Origin: Candidatus Multivoradales bacterium
GTDB lineage: Bacteria > Acidobacteriota > Thermoanaerobaculia > Multivoradales > JAHEKO01
Assembly: GCA_965248055.1 (NCBI GenBank)
Contig: CBDFIJ010000004.1
Location: forward strand, 2,144,001-2,208,000
DNA: 64,000 bases
Reading direction: 5' to 3'
In this document: piece after piece, positions 29,094-37,908 of the stretch
Position numbering within the stretch: the stretch's first letter is position 1
Layout of the letters: every line of letters begins with the position of its first letter
Translations under genes and position numbers: made by a program
Notes under the pieces: model-generated
The model's input: the letters and a program-made list of their open reading frames with translations, nothing else
Database searches by the model: none
What the model was told of the DNA's origin: nothing

Positions 29094-30422
29094 CTATGGC
29101 TCGCTGACACAGCTGACATCAACGTCGTCTATGCAACCGCTATCGAAAAACTCGGCGACGATCGATGCGTAGCAACTGGTCCAGGTGGGAAAGTGGCCGA
29201 CGCCAGGGGCCACTAGGTGGAGACTATTGGGCAAGCTCTCAGAGATTTTCTCGGCGATGTTGGCGGGGGTAGCTGGGTCATGATCGCCTGACATCAGAAG
29301 GGTAGGAGCCTGGGAAGTGACGGGGTGCCTGAATGCGGTGGCGACCGGCTGCACGGACCAGGTTTGGCAGGCAGCGACGGCGTTGTCGCGAAGCAGGGAT
29401 GTGGCAAACGGGCTTTCGTTGGCGTCCAGACTCCAGAACGGAACGTCTTCAGCACAGACTACGCCTAACAACACCGGGATACTGAATCGGTTGATGATTC
29501 GCTCCACCCCGTTGACCACCTGAGTGAGTGGGCCGAGTTCGCCCGCGGTGGTCGCGGTTACGATCGCCGGGAGTGACTGTGCTGTGCGCGGATCGTAGAG
29601 AAGAAAGCGGACGATACCGTCGAGTGCGACCCGGTCCACCGTAACTTCGTCGGATCCGACGCGGACCGTGACCGGCTCCGTCTCGAGTTGTTCGGCTAGC
29701 TCGGCATAGGTTTCAGACAGTCCTGGATTCAGCTCGGTAAGCACGGCGAACTCCTTCGCCGCGCCGTTCAAGAGCTGAGTCGTAATGACCTCGGCAGGAG
29801 ACGACACACCGCGGAGCACCGATGCACGCAGGTGATCAGGATAGAGACGAGCGTACTCCAGTGCCAAACGGGTTCCGTACGATGCGCCCATCAAGTTGAT
29901 CTTCTCGGCACCGATCGCTTGTCTGACGCGATCGATGTCGTGTGCGAAGACGGTAGTGCGGAGACTCTCGCGACCGTTGATTTCCTGTGCGCAGCGCTCC
30001 AAGGTCTCTGACATGCGGAACGCGAGCAGCAGGTCTCGTTTCTCAGCGGCAGAGAGCGAGCAATGGAAGTCTCCGGACTCCCCTGTGCCGCGCAGATCAA
30101 ACAGCACGATTTCGTGCGTTTCTTGAAGGTACATCATGCTGTCGCTGAAGAAGCTCGTGGTTTCGGTTGCCGCAGTACCCGGTCCGCCGACCAGATAGAA
30201 AACTGGATCGAGCGGCGCCTTATCCCCACGAGCAGGGAGGATGATTACTTTGAGGTCGAGGCTGTCTAGCTCCGGCGCGTCGTAGTTCAGTGGCACGGTA
30301 ACGGTTCCGCACCGCGCACCGTATGGAAGATCCTGTCGATCACATGGTTCGAGTGCTGTCGCATTGGCGACCTCAGCAAGTGAGGCGAAGGTGACTAAAG
30401 TCAGTATTGTGAGTCTTTTCAT
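29094..30422 (-). CDS. Secreted alpha/beta hydrolase (TAP-like peptidase)
   Basis: Signal peptide, CGTVTVPLNY, GGPG, GASYGT nucleophile, GDHDPATP, GVGH. Confidence 0.88.
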   Translation of the reverse strand: MKRLTILTLVTFASLAEVANATALEPCDRQDLPYGARCGTVTVPLNYDAPELDSLDLKVIILPARGDKAPLDPVFYLVGGPGTAATETTSFFSDSMMYLQETHEIVLFDLRGTGESGDFHCSLSAAEKRDLLLAFRMSETLERCAQEINGRESLRTTVFAHDIDRVRQAIGAEKINLMGASYGTRLALEYARLYPDHLRASVLRGVSSPAEVITTQLLNGAAKEFAVLTELNPGLSETYAELAEQLETEPVTVRVGSDEVTVDRVALDGIVRFLLYDPRTAQSLPAIVTATTAGELGPLTQVVNGVERIINRFSIPVLLGVVCAEDVPFWSLDANESPFATSLLRDNAVAACQTWSVQPVATAFRHPVTSQAPTLLMSGDHDPATPANIAEKISESLPNSLHLVAPGVGHFPTWTSCYASIVAEFFDSGCIDDVDVSCVSEP

Positions 30423-31069
30423 GCTTGTTCCTTGTTGGCAGAGGTCGGTCCCTGAGTTGATTTAGGTAGCGCTGCGGTACGCGCCTTGAGGAAAGCGACG
30501 ACCGCGTCCACCACGCCTTCGGTCAGGGCCGCAGAGTCTGCGTCTTTTTTTGGCCAAAACTCCCTTTTGAAGTGAAGCTCTCGCAACGGCATAACCAGCA
30601 ATAGGGCTGCGGTTTCGAGGTCGTGGCGGGGCAGCGGGTAGGCTCTTCCAAGCGTATCGATAGTGAAATCGAGCACAGCTACACGGATCTCTTCGGCCTT
30701 GGCGGCGAGCGATGAGTCCGTCGAAACCGCGCTCTCGAGTAGTCGGAACCGCCCTGCATGCGACCGATACGCCTTCACGAATGCGGAAGCGAGGTGACTC
30801 ACGAGTTGGTCGTTGGAGTCGAAGGTAGCGAGGCGCCCTCTCGACTCGTCGATCATGGTTTCGTATCGATGCATCAGTGCATGGAGCAATGCGCCCTTCG
30901 ATGGAAAGCGCGCGTAGAAAGCGCCGATCGTGTATCCGGCTCGGGAGGCGATTTCCTGCACCGAGATTTGGTCGTAGGTCTTCTCAATACCGAGCGCCTC
31001 GGCGGCGTCGATCAATGCTTCATGAGTCTGGCGACTTCGTTCCTGTCGAGGGGTTCGTGCGAGCTCCAT
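30419..31069 (-). CDS. TetR/AcrR-family regulator
   Basis: RQERSRQT..LIDAA, ISVQEIASRAGYTIGAFYARFPSK; start ATG 31069. Confidence 0.92.
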   Translation of the reverse strand: MELARTPRQERSRQTHEALIDAAEALGIEKTYDQISVQEIASRAGYTIGAFYARFPSKGALLHALMHRYETMIDESRGRLATFDSNDQLVSHLASAFVKAYRSHAGRFRLLESAVSTDSSLAAKAEEIRVAVLDFTIDTLGRAYPLPRHDLETAALLLVMPLRELHFKREFWPKKDADSAALTEGVVDAVVAFLKARTAALPKSTQGPTSANKEQA

Positions 31070-31094
31070 ATAAAAAGAATAGTGGATACTATTA

Positions 31095-31107
31095 ATGTTG
31101 TCAACAT
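31095..31107 (-). promoter_or_regulatory. Palindrome overlapping the TTGACA -35 box of tetR (likely auto-operator)
   Basis: ATGTTG-T-CAACAT, about 26 bp upstream of the start. Confidence 0.5.
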
Positions 31108-31434
31108 ACAAATCCCTCCGCGACCGGAGAAGCCGAATTCTCAAATCTCAAAGAGGATGACTCGTCTCTTCCTTGACTAGATCTTCCATGAGTTCAGTCG
31201 TGATCTCACTAATCTTGGCTCTCCTTTCTTGCGTAAGGAGATGGTTGTGTACTAGGAAATGTAAATTGGCGAGAAAACCAAGCGAGAAGATCAAGCGACA
31301 GAATCGAACTGGAGTCTTTTGATGACAGTAAGATTGTTGTTTCTGTCCGAAAGACCTTCAGAATGAATAGCCGATGACTAGGTAGGCAATAATGATGAGT
31401 AACCTGTGATTGCCGATGCAAACTTGACGACGAC

Positions 31435-31650
31435 ATGAATTTTGCGCCCGAAACGATCGTAGGGCCATAAAAAATCTTGGACAGCTTGGTGCCGGTGGCA
31501 TGAGTGTGGTTTACACCGCACGACACGCGGTTAGGTCGAGATATTGCTCTCGAGTTTCTGACTAGGGATCTCGCCAGCGACTCAACCGCAAAGGCAAGAT
31601 TCGAGCGCGAGGCGCGGGCGGTGGCATCCTTGTCCCACCCCAACATCCTG
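31435..31650 (+). pseudogene. Ser/Thr protein kinase N-lobe remnant
   Basis: Decayed G-loop (stop and frameshifts) followed by HDTRLGRDIALEFL...KARFEREARAVASLSHPNIL. Confidence 0.82.
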
Positions 31651-31672
31651 TATGGCCTGCTAGGCTATTGGC

Positions 31673-31879
31673 ATGACCTCAAGTCGAGAGACCGTGCTGA
31701 CTGATCTAGAGAAAGACATTCCCACGACCGAGGGGGACGTGGAAGTTCTGCGACGCCTTCGTAGCGAAAAGGCGAAGGCTCCGTTTGACGAGCAGCAAAA
31801 GCTGGTCGATCAACTTCCTCCTGCCGCTCGCAAACAGAGCCGATCCACCTCGGAAGGCTGGGTCGAATTCACGCTCTAG
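31673..31879 (+). CDS. Small hypothetical protein (possibly antitoxin-like)
   Basis: 68 aa with natural composition (DLEKDIPTTEGDVEVLRRLR...SEGWVEFTL); ends 7 bp from the convergent gene. Confidence 0.5.
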   Translation: MTSSRETVLTDLEKDIPTTEGDVEVLRRLRSEKAKAPFDEQQKLVDQLPPAARKQSRSTSEGWVEFTL

Positions 31880-31886
31880 GCGCGCG

Positions 31887-33293
31887 CTACCCCCGAGCCG
31901 CTTCCAAAGTTGCCATCAACCGTTCGATATCCGATTCATCGGTCCGGTAGTTGGTGATCGTCGCCCGTAACACCGGTACTTGACCTCCCAGCTTGGTGGT
32001 GGAGATCCAGGCTTTGCCGGAGTTGACGATGCGGCTGCAGATGGCTTCCAGGCGAGCGAGGGAGTTGTCAGCGTTCTCGCCGTCGGTCCAACACACGGTC
32101 GGTAGAGGAGTGCGATTGACCACCTGCCATCCGTGGTCTGTGAGCTTGCGGCGCAAAACCTCACCCATTTCTGTCTGATGGCGGATCGCCTGCGCGTATC
32201 CTTCCCAGCCAGCGACCAGTAGAGACAGAAAGACCTTGAGCCCGATGAAACGTCGCGACCACTGCATGCTGCTGGTGAAGGGATCGATGACGTCACTGCC
32301 CACGGTCGGCATGTAGTCGGTGTGGATCGAAAACGCCCGGCGCAGAATGTCCGTATGCCGGGTGAGAAAAATCCCCGCTCCCATCGGTACCGACAGCCAC
32401 TTGTGGGCGTCGAAAGTGATCGAGTCGGCGCGCTCAATGGCTCCAAGGTGAGGCCTTAGTTCAGGCACTAGCGCCGCGCCGCCGCCCCAAGCCGCGTCCG
32501 CGTGCAGCCACATGTTTTCTTCAGCGGCGATCTCCACAAGGTCGTCAATGGGATCGATCAAGCCGGCGTTGGTGGTACCCATGGTGGCGACTACCAAGAA
32601 AGGTCGATGCCCGCCGGCACGATCTTGAGATACGAGATCGCTCAGAGCACGCGGATCCATGGTGAAGTCGTTGCTCAACGGTACTTCGCGCACTGCAGTT
32701 GTGCCCAGTCCGCAAGCGCGCGCGGCCTTGACCAACGAGTGGTGGCTCTCGCGGGTGACGTAAAAAACTGGCCTACCCTCAATAGCTGCCACTCCGTGCT
32801 CAGAAAACTCTGGAAACTTCGCCACCAGGGCCGACAGCACGCCGGTGTGATTGGCTTCAGCCCCTCCAGAGGTGAATGAGCCGGCAAGAGTCGCCGGGTG
32901 GTAGCCGAAGCGGCTGCCCAGGGCGCGCAAGCTGTGCTGTTCGATCTCACAGGCCGCCGGACTGTGACTCCACGCCGCCAACTGCGGATTGAACGCCGCC
33001 ACCAAAGCGTCGGCGGCGATGCTCACGGTGGTCGGATTGGGGTTGAATAACCCGTAGTAACTGCGGTGCGAGGTATGCACCTGGGTGCGCATCAACAAAT
33101 CGGCGATGAAGTCGAGAGCATCTTTGGGCGCTACTTCTTCGCCAAAATCAAACGGCGCTAGCTGCTGGCGGATCTCCTCGCCGGTAGTCGGCTGGCTGAC
33201 TGGTTCCTGATCGATCGTCTCCAGGTAACGCTCAATCCGTTCGATCAGCTGCTTCCAGAGAAGGTCGCGTTGTGTTTTGTCTAAGTTCAGCAT
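31887..33293 (-). CDS. Group II PLP-dependent amino acid decarboxylase
   Basis: FTSGGAEAN, GTTNAGLID, WLHADAAWGG, DSITFDAHKWL. Confidence 0.92.
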   Translation of the reverse strand: MLNLDKTQRDLLWKQLIERIERYLETIDQEPVSQPTTGEEIRQQLAPFDFGEEVAPKDALDFIADLLMRTQVHTSHRSYYGLFNPNPTTVSIAADALVAAFNPQLAAWSHSPAACEIEQHSLRALGSRFGYHPATLAGSFTSGGAEANHTGVLSALVAKFPEFSEHGVAAIEGRPVFYVTRESHHSLVKAARACGLGTTAVREVPLSNDFTMDPRALSDLVSQDRAGGHRPFLVVATMGTTNAGLIDPIDDLVEIAAEENMWLHADAAWGGGAALVPELRPHLGAIERADSITFDAHKWLSVPMGAGIFLTRHTDILRRAFSIHTDYMPTVGSDVIDPFTSSMQWSRRFIGLKVFLSLLVAGWEGYAQAIRHQTEMGEVLRRKLTDHGWQVVNRTPLPTVCWTDGENADNSLARLEAICSRIVNSGKAWISTTKLGGQVPVLRATITNYRTDESDIERLMATLEAARG

Positions 33294-33395
33294 CGGATCG
33301 CAATACTAGCTGCTACTAACGCTACTGACTTTTTGAGATAGGTCCCGGTGCTACTGAAGCTGGGCCTCGTGGGTGGCGTGGATTAATATGGCACA

Positions 33396-35879
33396 ATGAA
33401 AAGAAATACAAAAGACTATTCGCCCACCGAGCGCAGTCGTACCGCCGGTCTCTGGATTTTGCTCGCATTGGTCACCACCACAGCATTCGCCCAGGCTCCA
33501 ATCGTTCACCCTGGTTCGCCTGGCGAGCCAGCGCGCGAACTCAGTCCAGCCGAAGCGATTGATATCGCCAACACGAGTTATTCACCGGACGACGTACGTT
33601 TCATGCACGACATGATTCCGCATCACCATCAGGCGCTGGAGATGGCCGCGTTGGTGACTGAGCGTACCAATCGACCTGAATTAATTGATGTCGCCGGGCG
33701 TATCAACGCGTCACAAGATGACGAGATTGAGTTTATGCACCGCTGGCTCGCTGGGCGTGGTGAACATGCTCCCGATCCAACCGACCACAAGGTAATGCAC
33801 ACTAGCCACGAGATGGCTGGTATGGCGACTCCAGAGCAAATGTCCGCACTGGCTGCGTCTCAAAGCACGGACTTTGATCGTTTGTTTCTGGAGCTGATGA
33901 TCGCCCACCACGAGGGAGCGGTGGAGATGGTGGATGAATTGCTTGAGCAGCCGGGATCGGCCTACGACCCGATACTTTTCGAGTTTACTAGCGATGTAAT
34001 CAATGACCAGAACGCAGAAATCAAGCGCATGAACGTGCTTCTTGCTGGCCTGTCCACCGACCCTCGGGCGACGCTAGCACCTGGGATTGAGGATGCTGGC
34101 GAGGCGACCTTGAACCTCAAGCTAGTTGCTTCGTTGCCCAAGCCTCCGGGCTTCTTCGACCCCGAAAATCCGGCAGGGTTGCCGCTTGAGCAACTGCGAA
34201 AACAGGCTCAAGAAGAAGGGCCGGATCAAGCAGTCGAAGGCATTCCAGTTGCCGAGGAAAAAGAGAAGGAGGACGAAGAGGACGAACGTTGGCCGCTGTT
34301 GAGTTTTGCCAATACCGATATGGCATTTTCTGGTGATGTTTTGGTGGTTGGTAACTACCACGGTTTCAACATCTACCGACTAGGCGACGACGGTCGTCCG
34401 TACTTGGTCAGTTCGGTGGTCTGCCCCGGCGGTCAAGGCGACGTTTCCATTGTTGGTGATCTGTTGATTATGTCGGTGGAACAGACTCGGGGTCGGCTCG
34501 ACTGCGGGCTTGAGGGTGTGCGCGAAGATGTCAGTTCCCAACGTTTTCGCGGTTTGCGCATCTTTGACATCAGCAATTTGACCCGCCCAGTGCAGGTTGG
34601 TGCGGTGCAGACTTGCCGTGGATCGCACACCCATTCGGTGGTGTCTGGCCCCCATATGGATGGAGGCGAGTCCGATCGAATTATCGTTTATAACTCGGGT
34701 ACCAGCTCGGTTCGCGATGAGGAGGAGCTTGACGGTTGTTTCGGTGAGTTGCCGGGTGATGACCGTACGGCTTTGTTTCGCATCGACGTAATCGAGATCC
34801 CGGTGGACGATCCGGCGTCGGCGCGCATCGTCGATAGTCCAACTGTCTTCGCTGACTCGGAGACCGGCATCCTTGCGGGTCTCTGGCGTGGTGGTGATCA
34901 CGGGGACGACACACAAGAGACCGACGCCACCGATCAATGCCACGACATCACTGTGTTTCCGGAGCGTGGCATTGCCGCCGGTGCGTGTTCTGGCAATGGC
35001 ATCTTGTTCGATATCTCCAACCCGAGGAAACCGAAACGGATTGACGCGGTGGTCGACAAGGGATTTGCATACTGGCATTCGGCGACCTTCAACAACGACG
35101 GCACCAAGGTGCTATTTACCGACGAGTGGGGTGGTGGAAGCCGACCACGTTGCCGCGCCTATGACCCACTCACTTGGGGGGCAAACGCGTTTTACGATGT
35201 CGTCGATGGCAAGCTTGAATTTCGCTCTCACTACAAGTTACCTGCACCGCAGCTCGAGCAAGAAAATTGCGTCGCCCACAATGGTTCCATTGTGCCGGTA
35301 CCTGGCCGCGACATCTTCGTCCAGGCTTGGTATCAGGGTGGAATCTCGGTCATCGACTTCACCGACTCGGCCAATCCGCTAGAGATCGCCTACTTCGACC
35401 GGGGTCCTATTGATGCCGAAGAATTGATTGTTGGTGGATTCTGGTCGACCTATTGGTACAACGGACGTATTTACGGAACTGAGATCGTGCGCGGCTTAGA
35501 CGTACTGGCTCTGGTACCGAGTGAGCACCTGTCGGCAAACGAGATCGCGGCAGCCGCTCTTGCTGACGAAGGCGGTACCTTCAATCCGCAGCAGCAATTC
35601 TCCGTTACTTGGCCAGCCGAGCCGGTCGTGGCGCGTGCCTATTTGGATCAGCTGGTGCGCAGTCAAGCGATGCCTCAGGCCGATGCGTCCAAGATCGCCG
35701 CAGCGTTAGACCGGGCAGAAAAACCCCTCGAAGCAGGCGTTGTTGAGAAGGGTCTGGCTGCAGAGCTGAGATCATTTGTCGGGTTGTCGGCGGGAGAAGA
35801 TGTTGGAGATCGCGAAGCGCAGAGGAGACTTACTGCGCTCCATGCCGTCCTAGGGGGCATCGCGGCAAGGCTGCAATAA
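33396..35879 (+). CDS. Secreted DUF305 + LVIVD-repeat protein
   Basis: DVRFMHDMIPHHHQALEM and FLELMIAHHEGAVEM (DUF305); CPGGQGDVS, CRGSHTHS, CHDITV, WHSATFNNDG, CVAHNG. Confidence 0.88.
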   Translation: MKRNTKDYSPTERSRTAGLWILLALVTTTAFAQAPIVHPGSPGEPARELSPAEAIDIANTSYSPDDVRFMHDMIPHHHQALEMAALVTERTNRPELIDVAGRINASQDDEIEFMHRWLAGRGEHAPDPTDHKVMHTSHEMAGMATPEQMSALAASQSTDFDRLFLELMIAHHEGAVEMVDELLEQPGSAYDPILFEFTSDVINDQNAEIKRMNVLLAGLSTDPRATLAPGIEDAGEATLNLKLVASLPKPPGFFDPENPAGLPLEQLRKQAQEEGPDQAVEGIPVAEEKEKEDEEDERWPLLSFANTDMAFSGDVLVVGNYHGFNIYRLGDDGRPYLVSSVVCPGGQGDVSIVGDLLIMSVEQTRGRLDCGLEGVREDVSSQRFRGLRIFDISNLTRPVQVGAVQTCRGSHTHSVVSGPHMDGGESDRIIVYNSGTSSVRDEEELDGCFGELPGDDRTALFRIDVIEIPVDDPASARIVDSPTVFADSETGILAGLWRGGDHGDDTQETDATDQCHDITVFPERGIAAGACSGNGILFDISNPRKPKRIDAVVDKGFAYWHSATFNNDGTKVLFTDEWGGGSRPRCRAYDPLTWGANAFYDVVDGKLEFRSHYKLPAPQLEQENCVAHNGSIVPVPGRDIFVQAWYQGGISVIDFTDSANPLEIAYFDRGPIDAEELIVGGFWSTYWYNGRIYGTEIVRGLDVLALVPSEHLSANEIAAAALADEGGTFNPQQQFSVTWPAEPVVARAYLDQLVRSQAMPQADASKIAAALDRAEKPLEAGVVEKGLAAELRSFVGLSAGEDVGDREAQRRLTALHAVLGGIAARLQ

Positions 35880-36182
35880 AGCCACCCAGAAATCATGGGA
35901 AAGCGGGGGTCGATTCGGGACAGGTGGCCTATCTATCCTTCCGTTTCCACTCAGCGGTATGAGGTCGCAGATGACGGCTGTCAGATCGTTGGGGTTTGTT
36001 ACCAAAGGCTCGGTGTCCAGGGTCGTCTGATTCTAGAGCCGCTTGATGATCTCGACTACTTGGCACCGATGGCCTTGTTCGATCGGTAGCCCGCCCCTTA
36101 TTAGTCGCTCATGGCGGCGAGTCTCGAGAATCGATAGCCTAGGGCGCCCCGGCGGAAGGGATCAACGAAAGGAAGATCGATC

Positions 36183-36974
36183 ATGAGTGAGTTCTTGAAC
36201 CTCGAAAACTTTGTGACCCTTGGCTTGTTGACTCTGCTCCAGGCAGTTTTGGGTTTGGACAATCTGCTCTACATCTCTCTGGAGTCGAAGCGGGCTCCGG
36301 CGGAGAAGCAGGCGATGGTGCGCAGGTTGGGGATCGCGATCGCCATCGGTGCTCGAATCGCGCTGCTATTTGTCCTGGTGAACTTGGTTCGCTTTTTCCA
36401 AGCGCCATTTTTTGGCATTCACGCAGGTGGTATCGCCGAAGGAGAGTTCAATGGGCACTCGCTGATCGTTCTCCTGGGCGGTGTCTTTATTTTGTATACC
36501 GCCACCAAAGAAATCTTCCACATGATGGGGATGGAAGATGTCGATCATGAACAGCGAACAAGCCGTTCGGTCGGAACCACGGTGGCTTGGATTGTGGCGA
36601 TGAATTTGGTGTTCTCGTTTGACTCGATCTTGAGCGCCATGGCGTTGACCGATGTGTTTTGGGTGATGGCGGTGGCGATTGTCATCGGCGGCCTGTTGAT
36701 GATTTGGATGTCCGATCGGGTTGCCGAGTTTCTCGAGAGAAACCGCATGTACGAAGTGCTCGGTCTTTTCGTCCTGTTCGTGGTCGGCATCATGTTGCTG
36801 ACCGAGGGCGCACACCTGGCCCATTTGAAATTGGCCGGCAACCCGATCACGCCGATGACCAAGACCACTTTCTACTTCGTGATTGGCGTCCTGATCCTCA
36901 CCGACGTGGTGCAGAGCCGCTATCAGAAGAAACTGGTCGCGTTACGTCGACCGGCGGACCCACATAGATCGTAG
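36183..36974 (+). CDS. terC: TerC-family membrane protein
   Basis: LQAVLGLDNLLYI, GGVFILYTATKEI, NLVFSFDSILSA. Confidence 0.9.
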   Translation: MSEFLNLENFVTLGLLTLLQAVLGLDNLLYISLESKRAPAEKQAMVRRLGIAIAIGARIALLFVLVNLVRFFQAPFFGIHAGGIAEGEFNGHSLIVLLGGVFILYTATKEIFHMMGMEDVDHEQRTSRSVGTTVAWIVAMNLVFSFDSILSAMALTDVFWVMAVAIVIGGLLMIWMSDRVAEFLERNRMYEVLGLFVLFVVGIMLLTEGAHLAHLKLAGNPITPMTKTTFYFVIGVLILTDVVQSRYQKKLVALRRPADPHRS

Positions 36975-37030
36975 CGGCGTCATTTGACTCGCGATTCTCC
37001 TGAAATAGCCGTGAATACCACGACTTTTTA

Positions 37031-37058
37031 GGGGACACAATACAAGTATTGTGTCCCC
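37031..37058. repeat. 28-bp palindrome GGGGACACAATAC-AA-GTATTGTGTCCCC, copy 1
   Basis: Perfect 13-bp stem; identical copies at 45428-45455 and 54343-54370. Confidence 0.95.
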
Positions 37059-37145
37059 TAGCTGTCAAAGCGTTGATGCTGCCTGGTTCGTACCAAGTAG
37101 TCCACCATCAACCAGTTTGGTCCCTACAAATGAGTAACCTTCTAT

Positions 37146-37315
37146 GAGTCGGTCGGTCTATCTCACGGCGTATTTTTAGTTCAGTCATTGGTTCTCTTGG
37201 TTCGGATGGATCCTCAGGACGAGCTTCTATTCGCACTCTCTCAGGGTCCGTCTTTGGACCGATGCATGGTGAGTTTTTCGTCTGTTGAAATTCGACGCTT
37301 CCATCTGTCACCGTA
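37146..37315 (-). repeat. REPIN/MITE-like element, inverted diverged copy of 45017-45206
   Basis: Reverse complement shares TACGGTG(A/C)CAGATGGA..AGACG.AAAACTCACCATGCA.CGGTCCA..GACGGACCC..AGAGTGCGAAT with 45017-45105. Confidence 0.8.
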
Positions 37316-37485
37316 TTCGTGTATTTCCTTGATACCAGTGGTTCACTGGCGAATAGACCCCGTTGCAGCGGGGCTAAGCGTTTGCTCAAGAAAAGCTCTG
37401 ACAACGATCAGGACAAGTTAGACATGCACCGCAACACTTCGACGCGCAGCGGGATCAACCGCGGCAACAATCTAGGAGATACCTG

Positions 37486-37905
37486 ATGCATTCAGTATTC
37501 AGTAAGACCGGCCCGACACCACAGAAACTTCTAATCTTTTTCTCTGATCTGGAGTTCGCAACCATGCCCACTAGCTTGAAACGTAACGGAAAGGTCCTTG
37601 AGGTTCGGCCGCAAGCCTTACGGCTACTTGAATTATTGATTTCTGGGACCGGTTCAGTGGTCTCTTTGGACGAGATCGCCGATTTCTTGTGGCCCAATGC
37701 CCCCTATGGTGACCGCTTGTGTAAGGTCCGGGTCGTGATGACCCACCTGCGCAGAGCAATTGGAGACAATGTAAGTAGCCCCACATGCATTGAAACAATT
37801 CGAGGTCAAGGATACAGGTTCGTGGCTCCAGTAGAATATTCCGAGTTCTCACTGGTGCGACGGGCGGACAACGCGGACACCTCACGCCTGTTTGCCACGC
37901 GGTAA
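37486..37905 (+). CDS. Stand-alone OmpR/PhoB-type winged-helix DNA-binding protein
   Basis: LEVRPQALRLLELL...VVSLDEIADFLWP...LRRAIGD...IETIRGQGYRF. Confidence 0.75.
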   Translation: MHSVFSKTGPTPQKLLIFFSDLEFATMPTSLKRNGKVLEVRPQALRLLELLISGTGSVVSLDEIADFLWPNAPYGDRLCKVRVVMTHLRRAIGDNVSSPTCIETIRGQGYRFVAPVEYSEFSLVRRADNADTSRLFATR

Positions 37906-37908
37906 TCT

